Positions 40,449-50,336 are shown, counted from the stretch's first letter. The stretch: DNA of 64,000 nt from Candidatus Latescibacterota bacterium (GCA_965215195.1 CBDCDC010000002.1:3584001-3648000); one strand, 5' to 3'. The notes: generated by a model not told the origin, from the letters alone. Translations and numbers: made by a program.

Positions 40449-42398
40449 GTGAAAAAACTCATCGCCAACGCCCCAGAGACGCGCTCGGCCGATGTCATCG
40501 CCGGGAACATCGAACATCTGAAGGCCCTGTTCCCCGAAGCGTTCACCGAGGGCAAGATCGACTTCGAGGTGCTCAAGCAGCTTCTCGGCGGCGTGGTTGA
40601 CGAGCGCGAGGAGAAGTACGGTCTCAACTGGCACGGCAAGCGCCAAGCGCGGCAGCTTGCCCTGACGCCGAGCACCGGAACTTTGCGCCCGTGCCCCGAG
40701 GAGAGCGTCGACTGGGATACGACTCAAAACCTGATGATTGAGGGCGATAACCTAGAGGTGCTCAAGCTCTTGCAGAAGAGCTACGCCGGGAAGGTGAAGC
40801 TGATTTATATTGATCCGCCGTACAACACGGGAAAGGACTTCGTCTATCCCGACGACTACCGGGACAACATGCAGAATTATCTGGAGTTGACGAGACAGAC
40901 TGACGGCGAGAACCAAAAGCTGTCGTCGAATACAGAGGCATCGGGGCGATTCCACACAGACTGGTTGAACATGATGTATCCACGGTTGAAGGTCTCAAGG
41001 AATTTGCTGGCAGGTGACGGTGTAATACTCATTTCCATAGGTGACGAGGAAATACATAATCTGAGAGTAGTATGTGACGACATTTTCGGCTACGAAAATT
41101 TCTGCGGTATCTTCATATGGGAGAAGAAAAAGAAGCCTTCTTTCCTTGATCGAAACATGGGCACCGTCACAGATTACATCGTCTCCTATGCAAAAGACCG
41201 CTCACAATCTCCCGCCTTCACAACCGGATCAGTGGAAGAAGAAAAAAAGTATCCCTTTAACAATGCGGGAAACAACATGGCAGTACTGGAGTTTCCAGCA
41301 GGAAGCGCGACCTTCGGCCTAAGTGATCAAACCATTACAGCTCAGGACATGTCGGAAGGGAACATCAAGACAGAATTGCTCGATGATGTTCGCATTGTGA
41401 AAGGAAGGAACAGCGACGCGTTTCGACTGCGTGGGGAATGGCGGTACTCGCAGTCCAAACTCAACGAGTTCGTAGCCTCCGGTGCGGATATTATGATCAG
41501 CAAAGTTCCTTTCCGTCCCAACTACGTGAACCGATCGGGTGAACAGAAGAAGACAGCGAACCTTCTTTCCTACAGAATCAACGCCATGCAGACCAATGAA
41601 GATGCCACGCAGCAGGCACGAAAAATCTTCGGCGAGGATGTCGTCTCCTATCCTAAGCCCGAGGGCTTGCTCAAGTATCTGATAGGAGCCGTATCACGAG
41701 AAAACGACATTATTTTGGATTTTTTCTCCGGATCAGGCACCACGGCTTCAGGCGTCTGGCGGCAAAATGCCGAGGATTCATGCTCTCGACGATTCATCCT
41801 AGTGCAGTTGCCCCAATCGCTCGACACGAAAAACAAGACTCATCGGGCTGCGGCCGACTTTTGCGATCAAATTGGAAGACCTCGCAATTTGGTGGAGTTG
41901 ACGAAAGAGTGGCTGCGTAGATCCGCGGAACAGATCAGGCAGGAAACACCGCTCTTCACGGGCGATTTTGGTTTCTTGGTTCTCAAGCTCGACACTTCGA
42001 ACATTCGATCTTGGATCGCGAAACCTGACAATCTTGAGCAATCTATCCTTGAACATGTTGAAAACATCAAGGAAGATCGTACCGATCAGGACATTCTTTT
42101 TGAGCTCATGTTGAAGATGGGCTTTGATCTCTGCATGTCCTTCGAATCGCGAATGATCGCAGGCAGAGTTGTGTACTCAGTCGGCACTGGGACGCTGTTT
42201 GCATGTCTCGACCAGCATATCGTCCGGGAGAAGGTCGATTCGCTGGCCCTCGGTATTGCCGAGTGGCACAAGCAACTCGAATCCGAGGGCGACGCCACGG
42301 TGATTTTTCGAGATAGTGCCTTTGAGGATGACATGGCTAAGACGAACATGGCAGCCATTTTGGAGCAACACGAACTCGGGAATGTGCGGAGCTTGTAG
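40449..42398 (+). CDS. mod: Type III R-M methyltransferase subunit
   Basis: IEGDNLEVLKLL, YIDPPYNTG, YPKPEGL, DFFSGSGTT. Confidence 0.93.
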   Translation: MKKLIANAPETRSADVIAGNIEHLKALFPEAFTEGKIDFEVLKQLLGGVVDEREEKYGLNWHGKRQARQLALTPSTGTLRPCPEESVDWDTTQNLMIEGDNLEVLKLLQKSYAGKVKLIYIDPPYNTGKDFVYPDDYRDNMQNYLELTRQTDGENQKLSSNTEASGRFHTDWLNMMYPRLKVSRNLLAGDGVILISIGDEEIHNLRVVCDDIFGYENFCGIFIWEKKKKPSFLDRNMGTVTDYIVSYAKDRSQSPAFTTGSVEEEKKYPFNNAGNNMAVLEFPAGSATFGLSDQTITAQDMSEGNIKTELLDDVRIVKGRNSDAFRLRGEWRYSQSKLNEFVASGADIMISKVPFRPNYVNRSGEQKKTANLLSYRINAMQTNEDATQQARKIFGEDVVSYPKPEGLLKYLIGAVSRENDIILDFFSGSGTTASGVWRQNAEDSCSRRFILVQLPQSLDTKNKTHRAAADFCDQIGRPRNLVELTKEWLRRSAEQIRQETPLFTGDFGFLVLKLDTSNIRSWIAKPDNLEQSILEHVENIKEDRTDQDILFELMLKMGFDLCMSFESRMIAGRVVYSVGTGTLFACLDQHIVREKVDSLALGIAEWHKQLESEGDATVIFRDSAFEDDMAKTNMAAILEQHELGNVRSL

Positions 42399-42425
42399 GC
42401 ACGACGGGTTGGACGGAGCTTACGT

Positions 42426-42680
42426 ATGAGCCAACATAAGAAGCTTCTGCAAAAAATTCTCAGCGGTCGCTCGGATGCGAATATCCGCTTCGGCGACTTG
42501 CGTGGTCTGCTCCGGAATCTGGGCTTCGCCGAGCGAGTGCAGGGAAGCCACCATATATTCAGAAAGAATGGCGTTGCGGAGAGAATCAATCTATAGCGCG
42601 ACGACGGCCATGCTAAGCCCTATCAGGTACAGCAGGTCCGTAAAGTGATCCTGAAGTACGAACTAGGAGTAGAAGACTGA
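42426..42680 (+). pseudogene. hicA: HicA toxin with internal amber stop
   Basis: MSQHKKLLQKIL..GSHHIF..INL*(TAG 42594-42596)RDDGHAKPYQVQQVR. Confidence 0.85.
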
Positions 42681-42892
42681 TGTACAAATACGAGATTATC
42701 CTCTATTGGAGTAACGACGACGACGCTTTCGTGGCTGAAGTGCCTGAGCTTCCTGGATGCATGGCTCATGGTGACACGCAAGAAGCCGCTCTCAGACACG
42801 TCAATCAAGCGATGGCTCTCTGGATTGATACAGCGAAAGAGTTCGGCGATCCAATACCAGAACCCAAAGGTGAGCGGCTGATGCTGGCGTAA
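42680..42892 (+). CDS. hicB: HicB antitoxin
   Basis: FVAEVPELPGCMAHGDT.E.AL..GDPIPEPKG. Confidence 0.9.
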   Translation: MYKYEIILYWSNDDDAFVAEVPELPGCMAHGDTQEAALRHVNQAMALWIDTAKEFGDPIPEPKGERLMLA

Positions 42893-42947
42893 CGAAGGTG
42901 TTCCGACTCAAGAGCATCTACGAATTGAACGGTTTTCTGAGTACCAC

Positions 42948-45911
42948 ATGAAATTCCACTTTGAACCCAACCTCGACTACCAACTCCAAGCCATCGAAAC
43001 AGTCTGCGACCTGTTTCGCGGCCAAGAGATCTGCCGTACTGAATTCACGGTCACGCGCAATGCGGCGAATGCTCAGGCTGGCCTCGGCTTTGCGGAAAGC
43101 GATCTGGGCACCGGCAATCGGCTGAGCCTGCCCGACGATGAGGTGCTCGCAAACCTAAACGATGTCCAACTCCGCAACGGCTTGCCTCCCTCGGCGGCCT
43201 TGAACTCGGGCGATTTCACCGTGGAGATGGAGACTGGCACCGGCAAGACCTATGTGTACCTGCGCACCATCTTCGAGCTAAACAAACGTTACGGCTTCAC
43301 CAAGTTCGTCATCGTCGTGCCGTCGGTCGCCATCAAGGAAGGCGTGTACAAGTCGCTCCAGATCACCGACGACCACTTCCGCGCACTCTACTCGGGTACG
43401 CCTTTCGAGTACTTTCTCTACGACTCGGCCAAGCTCGGCCAAGTGCGAAACTTTGCCACCAGCCCGCAGATTCAGATCATGGTGGTGACGGTTGGTGCTA
43501 TTAACAAAAGGGACGTCAACAACCTCTATAAGGACAGCGAGAAGACGGGCGGCGAAAAGCCGATTGATCTGATCCGAGCCACGCGGCCCATCCTCGTCGT
43601 TGATGAGCCACAAAGCGTGGATGGCGGTTTGCGGGGGCGCGGCAAAGAAGCCCTCGCCTCCATGAATCCTCTCTGCACGCTGCGCTACTCGGCGACACAC
43701 GCAGACCAGCACCACATGGTCTATCGGCTTGATGCGGTAGATGCTTACGAGCGCAAGCTAGTCAAGCAGATCGAAGTAGCATCGGCGACGGTCAAGGACG
43801 CCCACAACAAGCCCTACGTCCGCTTGGTCTCAACGCGCAACCAGCGCGGCACGATCAGTGCCAAGATCGAACTTGACGTCGAAATAGCGACTGGAGTACG
43901 ACGGCGAGAGATCAATGTCCAAGATGGCGACGATCTCGAACAAACCACCGGACGTGCGACTTACCGCGACTGCCGCATTGGCGAAATCCGCGTCGAAAAA
44001 GGCAACGAATTCGTCGAGTTGCGCGTACCCGGCGGTGAGCACTTTCTCCGGTTGGGAGAAGCCTACGGCGACGTAGATCATCTCGCTGTCCAGCGCGAGA
44101 TGATCCGCTGCACCATCCACGAGCATCTCGACAAAGAGAAACGCCTGCGCCCACAGGGGATCAAAGTGCTCAGCCTGTTTTTCGTCGATGCGGTAGAACA
44201 CTATCGGCAGTACGACGACGAGGGCAATTCTGCTAAAGGGGAATATGCCCGAATTTTTGAGGAGGAGTATCGGCGTCTGGCGAGGCATCCAGACTTTGGT
44301 GACGTGGCTCTCGACGTGCCCGCAGAAGATGTCCACAACGGCTACTTCTCCATCGACAAAAAGGGCGGCTGGACAGATACCGCCGAGAACAATCAGTCCA
44401 ACCGCGACAACGCCGAACGAGCCTACAACCTGATCATGCGAGACAAGGAGAGACTCCTGAGCCTAGAGACGCCGCTCAAGTTCATTTTTTCGCACTCGGC
44501 CTTGCGCGAAGGCTGGGACAATCCCAACGTCTTTCAGATCTGCACCCTGCGCGACATTCGCACCGAGCGCGAGCGACGGCAGACCATTGGGCGCGGCCTG
44601 CGCTTGTGCGTCAATCAAGAGGGCCAGCGTCTGCGCGGCTTCGAGGTCAACACGCTCACGGTCGTTGCCACGGAGAGCTACGAGGAATTTGCCGAGAACC
44701 TCCAGCGGGAAATCGAGACCGACACCGGCATCCGCTTCGGCGTCGTGGAGGCGCATCAGTTTGCGGCCATTCCGGTCGTTGGCACAGACGAACAGACGAT
44801 GGCTCTCGGTTCCGAAGCGTCGCAGCATTTGTGGGAACATCTGCAAGCAGAGGGGTATATAGACGCGGCAGGGAAAATCCAAGACTCCCTCCGAGTGGCA
44901 CTCGAGACCGACACCCTCATCTTGCCCGATAAATTCGCCGATCAGTGCGAAGACATCGGCAAGGTGCTACGCAAGTTCGCCGGGCGTCTAACAATCAAAA
45001 ACGCCGACGAGCGCCGCCCAATCCGCCCGCGCCGAGCCGTCCTCCAAAGCCCGGAGTTCAAGGCACTGTGGGACCGCATCAAGCACAAGACCACGTACCG
45101 CGTCGAGTTCGACAACGAGGCGCTGCTCGCACACTGCATCCAAGCACTTGGCGATGCGCCGCCGATCCCAAAGGCCCGGCTCCAGTGGCGCAAAGCCGAC
45201 ATCGCCATCGGCCAAGCAGGAGTCGGGGCGACCGAACGCGAGGGGACGGCAACCGTGGTGCTGGACGAGGCCGATGTAGAGCTACCCGACGTGCTTACCG
45301 AGCTTCAGGACCGCACGCAACTCACGCGCCGCAGCATCCACCGCATCCTCTCGGAGAGCGGACGCCTCGCCGACTTCAAGCGCAATCCACAGCAATTCAT
45401 CGCTCTCGCCGCGCAAGCCATCAACCGCTGCAAGTGCCTCGCCTTGGTGGACGGCGTCAAGTACCAGCGCCTCGGAGACGAGTACTACTATGCACAGGAA
45501 CTCTTTGAGAACGAAGAATTAACCGGCTATCTGAAGAACATGCGTCCGGGAACCGAGAAATCGGTGTACGATCAGGTCGTGTACGACTCCGAAATTGAGA
45601 AATCCTTTGCCGGCCAGTTGGAGAAAAACACTGCGGTCAAGGTGTACGCCAAGCTGCCGGGATGGTTCACGGTGTCGACGCCGCTTGGAAGTTATAACCC
45701 GGACTGGGCCGTGCTGATTGAGCGCGACGAAGACGAGCAGCTATACTTTGTGATTGAAACGAAGGCCAGCCTGTTCGCCAGCGATCTGCGCGATGCCGAA
45801 AGCGCCAAGATCAAATGCGGTGAGGCGCACTTCGCCGCGCTCAAAGTGAGCGAATCGCCGGCGGAGTACCGAACGGCTCGCTCCCTAGACGACGTATTGG
45901 CTAGCAGCTAA
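42948..45911 (+). CDS. res: Type III R-M restriction subunit
   Basis: EMETGTGKT, VDEPQ, RYSATH, ALREGWDNPNVF, QTIGRGLR, YNPDWA..IETK. Confidence 0.93.
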   Translation: MKFHFEPNLDYQLQAIETVCDLFRGQEICRTEFTVTRNAANAQAGLGFAESDLGTGNRLSLPDDEVLANLNDVQLRNGLPPSAALNSGDFTVEMETGTGKTYVYLRTIFELNKRYGFTKFVIVVPSVAIKEGVYKSLQITDDHFRALYSGTPFEYFLYDSAKLGQVRNFATSPQIQIMVVTVGAINKRDVNNLYKDSEKTGGEKPIDLIRATRPILVVDEPQSVDGGLRGRGKEALASMNPLCTLRYSATHADQHHMVYRLDAVDAYERKLVKQIEVASATVKDAHNKPYVRLVSTRNQRGTISAKIELDVEIATGVRRREINVQDGDDLEQTTGRATYRDCRIGEIRVEKGNEFVELRVPGGEHFLRLGEAYGDVDHLAVQREMIRCTIHEHLDKEKRLRPQGIKVLSLFFVDAVEHYRQYDDEGNSAKGEYARIFEEEYRRLARHPDFGDVALDVPAEDVHNGYFSIDKKGGWTDTAENNQSNRDNAERAYNLIMRDKERLLSLETPLKFIFSHSALREGWDNPNVFQICTLRDIRTERERRQTIGRGLRLCVNQEGQRLRGFEVNTLTVVATESYEEFAENLQREIETDTGIRFGVVEAHQFAAIPVVGTDEQTMALGSEASQHLWEHLQAEGYIDAAGKIQDSLRVALETDTLILPDKFADQCEDIGKVLRKFAGRLTIKNADERRPIRPRRAVLQSPEFKALWDRIKHKTTYRVEFDNEALLAHCIQALGDAPPIPKARLQWRKADIAIGQAGVGATEREGTATVVLDEADVELPDVLTELQDRTQLTRRSIHRILSESGRLADFKRNPQQFIALAAQAINRCKCLALVDGVKYQRLGDEYYYAQELFENEELTGYLKNMRPGTEKSVYDQVVYDSEIEKSFAGQLEKNTAVKVYAKLPGWFTVSTPLGSYNPDWAVLIERDEDEQLYFVIETKASLFASDLRDAESAKIKCGEAHFAALKVSESPAEYRTARSLDDVLASS

Positions 45912-46155
45912 GTACACGACAGTAGGGCCTTACCCTCGGATTGAGGGCATCTTACCCTCGCCGAGGGCGATCTTTTACTGCGACCGCTTCTCGCCGAACC
46001 AAGTGACCTTGCTGCGGGATACGTGTATCCACTCGTCGAGGGCGATCTTTTACTGCGGCCGCTTCTCGGGTCGTTGCCTACCCTCGGCGAGGGCGGGACG
46101 CCCTCGATCCCGGGATCATCGCCATCAACGACATTTATTGGTGTCGTGTACTTAG
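45908..46155. mobile_element. MITE copy 3 (248 bp) with internal direct repeats
   Basis: TIRs CTAAGTACACGACA / TGTCGTGTACTTAG; 9-bp TSD GGCTAGCAG at 45899-45907 and 46156-46164; CGAGGGCGATCTTTTACTGCG present twice. Confidence 0.88.
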
Positions 46156-46210
46156 GGCTAGCAGTTAAGCCTGTTGCCTAATGCACGCACCTTGTACAAA
46201 GGAACCCACC

Positions 46211-47701
46211 ATGACCGACCGCCCCAACATCCTCGTCATAATGACCGACCAGCAGCGCGCCACGGCCAGCCACCTCTACGGCAACACCTTTTGCCAAACC
46301 CCGGCCATGGAACGCCTAGCCGCCGACGGAGTGCTCTTTGAGAACGCAATCACCCCGCACCCGCTCTGCGTGCCGGCGCGCATCTCGTTTTGGACCTCCC
46401 AGTTTCCCCACTCGCACGGCGGCCGCCGCAACCAGACCTTGATGCCGGCCGGTGCCACGCACACTTGGCAGCTTTGGAAAAAGGCCGGCTACGCCACGGG
46501 TCTGATCGGCAAAAACCACTGCTTCGAGCGGGAAGAGGATTTGGCGCTTTTCGACGTGTGGAACGCCTTTACCCACGGCGGGCGCGACGAGGGGCCACAG
46601 ACGCGGGGCATGGACTGGTTCCGGCCGGAAGAAGGTCGCCGCAAGGTCGCGGCCGAGCATCGCCAACTCACCCATCAGAACCCCCGCTTTAGCTACGGCA
46701 CCTCCGAGTTGCCGTTAGAGGACCACTCCACCGGGCTAATCGCCGGGCAGACGACGCGCTTTCTCGAAAAGTACCAAGACCAGCCCTTTGCCCTGTGGGT
46801 TTCCTTTCCCGATCCGCACGAGCCGTGGCTGTGCCCAGCCGAGTACGCGGCCTTGTTCCCGCCCACGGCCATTGACCTGCCTCCTTGGCGCGATGGCGAG
46901 TTCGACGATGAGCGCGCCCCCGAGCGCAATCGGGTGCTCTACCAAATGCTGGGGGTGCGCCGCGATCCGTCCGAAGACCTCTACGGCGTCATGGCCTCGT
47001 ACTTTGGCATGGTGCGCTTTATCGACGACGCGCTCGGCCAAATACTCGACAAGCTCGACGAACTGGGGCTGCGGGAGCAGACGATTGTGGTATTTTGTTC
47101 GGACCACGGCGACTTCATGGGCGAACACGCCATGCAGTGCAAAGGCGGCGTTTTCTACGACAGCCTGACGCGGGTGCCGCTGATCGTCTCTTGGCCCGGA
47201 CAGGTCGCCGCTGGCGTCCGCGACCAGAGCATGGCCAATCTAATTGACGTGGTGCCGACGCTGTTGCACTTGCAGGGGCTGGCGCAGCCGCGCTCAATGC
47301 ACGGAGCACCGCTACCCACCGCGACCGAGGCCGCACCTCGGGAGGCGACCTTTTCCGAATACGGCAGCGGGGGGCCGCTCTTTACCATGGCCGATCTGGA
47401 AAAACTGCCGCAACCTTGGGGCCGCAAGACCCTGATCGACACCTTGCAGTGGCGCGAGGCGGCTGGCCGGTGCAAGATGGTCCGCACCCGTCAGTGGAAG
47501 TACGTCCACGACCCCATGGGCGACCGCGACGAACTCTACGACCTCGTCGCCGATCCCGGCGAGTTGGTCAATGTGATCGACGAGGAGCAACATTGCGACG
47601 CCCTCGCCGCCATGCGCCTGCGGTTAGCCGACTGGAGCATCAACACCGAGGACGCCCGGCCAGTGCCCCTGCCTGACCGCGCCCACTACGAGCTGGCCTG
47701 A
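46211..47701 (+). CDS. Sulfatase (Cys-type)
   Basis: RPNILVIMTDQQR, CVPAR (CxPxR), GKNH, SDHGD. Confidence 0.92.
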   Translation: MTDRPNILVIMTDQQRATASHLYGNTFCQTPAMERLAADGVLFENAITPHPLCVPARISFWTSQFPHSHGGRRNQTLMPAGATHTWQLWKKAGYATGLIGKNHCFEREEDLALFDVWNAFTHGGRDEGPQTRGMDWFRPEEGRRKVAAEHRQLTHQNPRFSYGTSELPLEDHSTGLIAGQTTRFLEKYQDQPFALWVSFPDPHEPWLCPAEYAALFPPTAIDLPPWRDGEFDDERAPERNRVLYQMLGVRRDPSEDLYGVMASYFGMVRFIDDALGQILDKLDELGLREQTIVVFCSDHGDFMGEHAMQCKGGVFYDSLTRVPLIVSWPGQVAAGVRDQSMANLIDVVPTLLHLQGLAQPRSMHGAPLPTATEAAPREATFSEYGSGGPLFTMADLEKLPQPWGRKTLIDTLQWREAAGRCKMVRTRQWKYVHDPMGDRDELYDLVADPGELVNVIDEEQHCDALAAMRLRLADWSINTEDARPVPLPDRAHYELA

Positions 47702-47758
47702 ATTTGACACTAGGGCAACGTTGGCCAATCGTTTGTAGGTCAGCGAAAGGATAAAGTG

Positions 47759-47989
47759 ATGACATCAATTCAAGGATTGCCAACTCCCCAAAGTGTAGAA
47801 ACCGAACGCGAAGACGATGGTTGATGGATTGCTGAAATCGTCGAGATTCCCGGTGCTATGACCTATGGCTTGACCGTTGAGGAGGCCACCGCAAAGGTGC
47901 AAGCACTTGCCCTGCGCGTCTTGGCCGAACGCCTTGAACATGGAGAAATTGGGCCGGAATGTTTCAGGCAGCATGAACAGGTGGCCTAG
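47759..47989 (+). pseudogene. hicB: HicB-like antitoxin with internal stop
   Basis: EREDDG*(TGA 47822-47824)WIAEIVEIPGAMTYGLTVEEA..LAERLEHGE. Confidence 0.75.
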
Positions 47990-48185
47990 CACTCGTGCCA
48001 GAAGGGTTCTGGCGGCTCTGCTGCGTTCGGGATGGAGCGTGAAAAGCCAATCAGGCTCTCACAGGACTTTGGCAAAAGAAGGCTGGCCCGACTAAACTTT
48101 TGCTTTCCATGACTACCAAGAAATTGGTCCTCGAATGTTGGCGCGTCTTGCCAAGCGCACCGGACTTAGACCGGAACATTTGTAG
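47973..48185 (+). pseudogene. hicA: HicA toxin with internal stop
   Basis: MNRWPSTRARRVLAALLRSGW..SGSHRTL..GWPD*(TAA 48093-48095)TFAFHD..EIGPRML..TGL. Confidence 0.8.
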
Positions 48186-48192
48186 CTGACGC

Positions 48193-48222
48193 TTGACACA
48201 ATCGGCGCTCTGCCGGTATCTT
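48193..48222 (+). promoter_or_regulatory. Sigma70-type promoter for the thrS leader
   Basis: TTGACA (48193-48198), 18-nt spacer, TATCTT (48217-48222); leader ATG 7 nt downstream. Confidence 0.6.
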
Positions 48223-48229
48223 ATGCGGC

Positions 48230-48334
48230 ATGATTTCTGCTCTGCTTACAGTCGCGTCCGCATCGTGCCCCAGCCGTTTCCCGTCGGGGCTGACCCCTAC
48301 CACCACTACGACTACGACTATATGCGCCGGATAG
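48230..48334 (+). CDS. Thr-rich leader peptide (34 aa) of the thrS attenuator
   Basis: MISALLTVASASCPSRFPSGLTPTTTTTTTICAG*, seven consecutive Thr codons directly upstream of thrS. Confidence 0.8.
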   Translation: MISALLTVASASCPSRFPSGLTPTTTTTTTICAG

Positions 48335-48365
48335 CGACGGACTAAAGCTCATTTTGCAACCTCTC

Positions 48366-48398
48366 CCCGCTGTCGGCTACGATGACAGCGGGTTTTTT
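48366..48398 (+). terminator. Attenuator terminator upstream of thrS
   Basis: CCCGCTGTC/GACAGCGGG stem plus T6; its 5' arm can pair alternatively with GCCGGATAGCG (48326-48336). Confidence 0.8.
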
Positions 48399-48416
48399 CA
48401 TGCCAAGGAGCACGTC

Positions 48417-50330
48417 ATGCTGATCAAGGTCCCCCAAGGACAGGCCATCGAATACCCCGGCGAGGGTACGCTCAAGGAGATCCTCGCCCAAGAGAACAAG
48501 GCACTTTTGAAGCAATACATTGCCGCCCGCGCCGGCGACGAGCGCATCGACTTTCACACCCGGCTCGGCAGCGAGGCGGAAGTCGAGCTCATTCCCTGGG
48601 ATGCGGACGAAGCGGCTTGGATCTACCGCCACAGCATGTCGCACGTGTTGGCGCAGGCCGTGCTGCGCCTCTTCCCGGACGCACAACTGGCGATCGGCCC
48701 GGCCATTGACGATGGCTTCTACTACGACTTCGACGTGGCCGCGCCTTTTACGCCCTCGGACTTGCAGAAGATCGAGCGCGAGATGAAGCGGGTCGTCAAG
48801 CAAAACCACCGGTTCGAGCGCATTGATGTCGAGCGCCAAGAAGCGGAAGAGATGGTCGCCAACGCTCCCTACAAACAGGAGATCCTCGCCGACTTGGAAG
48901 AAGGCCAGCCCTTGTCCTTTTACAAAGACGGCGAGTTCATCGACTTGTGCCGGGGGCCGCACATGCTCGGCACCGGGCAAATCAGGCACTTCAAGCTCCT
49001 GAGCGTAGCCGGGGCCTATTGGCGCGGCGACGAGAGCCGCAAGATGTTGCAGCGCATCTACGGCACAGCCTTTGCCACCCGCGAGGAGCTCAACCACCAT
49101 CTGGCCATGCTGGAGGAGGCCAAAAAGCGCGACCATCGCACGCTGGGCAAGCAACTGGAGTTGTTCACCTTTGACGACGAAGTGGGGCCGGGTTTGCCGC
49201 TGTGGCTCCCCAAGGGGGCGGTGCTCATCGACGAGCTGGAGGACTTAGCCCGCAAGACCGAGCGCGAGGCCGGCTATCGGCGGGTGCGTACGCCGCACAT
49301 CTGCAAGGAATCCATGTACAAGCGCAGCGGTCACTTGCCCTACTATGCCGCGTCCATGTTCCCGCCCATGGAGTTGGAGGGGGTCAAGTACTACCTCAAG
49401 CCCATGAACTGTCCCCACCACCACAAAATTTTTGCCGCTGCCCGGCACTCGTACCGCGACCTACCTCTGCGCTTGGCCGAATATGGCACGTGCTATCGCT
49501 ACGAGCAGTCGGGCGAGTTGTTCGGCTTGATGCGGGTGCGCTCGTTGCAGATGAACGACGCGCACATCTACTGCACCCTCGACCAGTTCGAGGAGGAATT
49601 CCTCGCCGTCTGCCAGATGTACTTGCGCTATTTTGAGCTGTTCGGCTTGGAGAATTACCTGATGCGCTTGAGCACCCACGCGCCCTCGGGGCTGGGCGCA
49701 AAGTACGTGGATGACCGCGAGAAGTGGCTCCGCACTGAGGACATGGTGCGCGGTGCCATGGCGAGGGGAGGAATCAACTACGAAGAGGTGCCCGACGAAG
49801 CCGCCTTCTACGGCCCCAAGATCGACGTCGAGGTCTGGAGCGCCATCGGGCGGCAGTTTACAATCGCCACCAACCAAGTCGATTTCGCCCAGCCCGGCCG
49901 CTTCGGCTTGACGTACACCAACGCGGCCGGCCAAGAGGAGACCCCCATCTGCATCCACCGTGCGCCGCTGGGTACGCACGAGCGCTTCATCGGCTTCTTG
50001 ATCGAACACTACGCCGGGGCTTTCCCGGTGTGGCTAGCACCCGTGCAAGCGGTCGTTTTGCCCATTGCCGAGCGCCACGCCAAGTACGGGAGCCAGCTCC
50101 ACCAGCAGCTTCTCGCCGCCGGGATCCGCGCCGAACTCGACGCGGCCAGCGAGACCCTCAACAAGCGCATCCGCCAAGCGCAGACGCAGAAGGTGCCCTA
50201 TATGCTAATCGCCGGGGACCGCGAAGTTGAAGAGGGCAAGGTGGCGATCCGGCAGCGATCCGGCGAACAGCTCGACCCGCTCTCTGTAGCCGAGGCCGTC
50301 GCCCTGATCGGTGCTGAGATTAGTAGCTAG
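48417..50330 (+). CDS. thrS: Threonine--tRNA ligase
   Basis: ATG 48417 after AAGGAG; RHSMSH, GP.IDDGFYYDF, DLCRGPH, RDHR, KPMNCP, AAFYGPKID. Confidence 0.97.
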   Translation: MLIKVPQGQAIEYPGEGTLKEILAQENKALLKQYIAARAGDERIDFHTRLGSEAEVELIPWDADEAAWIYRHSMSHVLAQAVLRLFPDAQLAIGPAIDDGFYYDFDVAAPFTPSDLQKIEREMKRVVKQNHRFERIDVERQEAEEMVANAPYKQEILADLEEGQPLSFYKDGEFIDLCRGPHMLGTGQIRHFKLLSVAGAYWRGDESRKMLQRIYGTAFATREELNHHLAMLEEAKKRDHRTLGKQLELFTFDDEVGPGLPLWLPKGAVLIDELEDLARKTEREAGYRRVRTPHICKESMYKRSGHLPYYAASMFPPMELEGVKYYLKPMNCPHHHKIFAAARHSYRDLPLRLAEYGTCYRYEQSGELFGLMRVRSLQMNDAHIYCTLDQFEEEFLAVCQMYLRYFELFGLENYLMRLSTHAPSGLGAKYVDDREKWLRTEDMVRGAMARGGINYEEVPDEAAFYGPKIDVEVWSAIGRQFTIATNQVDFAQPGRFGLTYTNAAGQEETPICIHRAPLGTHERFIGFLIEHYAGAFPVWLAPVQAVVLPIAERHAKYGSQLHQQLLAAGIRAELDAASETLNKRIRQAQTQKVPYMLIAGDREVEEGKVAIRQRSGEQLDPLSVAEAVALIGAEISS

Positions 50331-50336
50331 TGCGCT

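Noticed and set aside
33188-46155. Composite transposon formed by MITE copies 2 and 3 around the defence island
   Set aside because: Each copy has its own distinct TSD on both sides and copy 3 lies inside the res 3' end, so they inserted independently.
45908-46155. Mini CRISPR array (about 30-bp repeat present twice)
   Set aside because: Only two units, enclosed by TIRs with a TSD, and no cas genes in the window.
42426-48185. Stop-codon reassignment explaining in-frame stops in hic genes
   Set aside because: Three different stop codons are involved, and TAA, TAG and TGA all terminate normal genes in this window.
48190-48416. T-box riboswitch upstream of thrS
   Set aside because: No TGGNACC T-box bulge consensus is seen; a Thr-codon uORF explains the terminator better.
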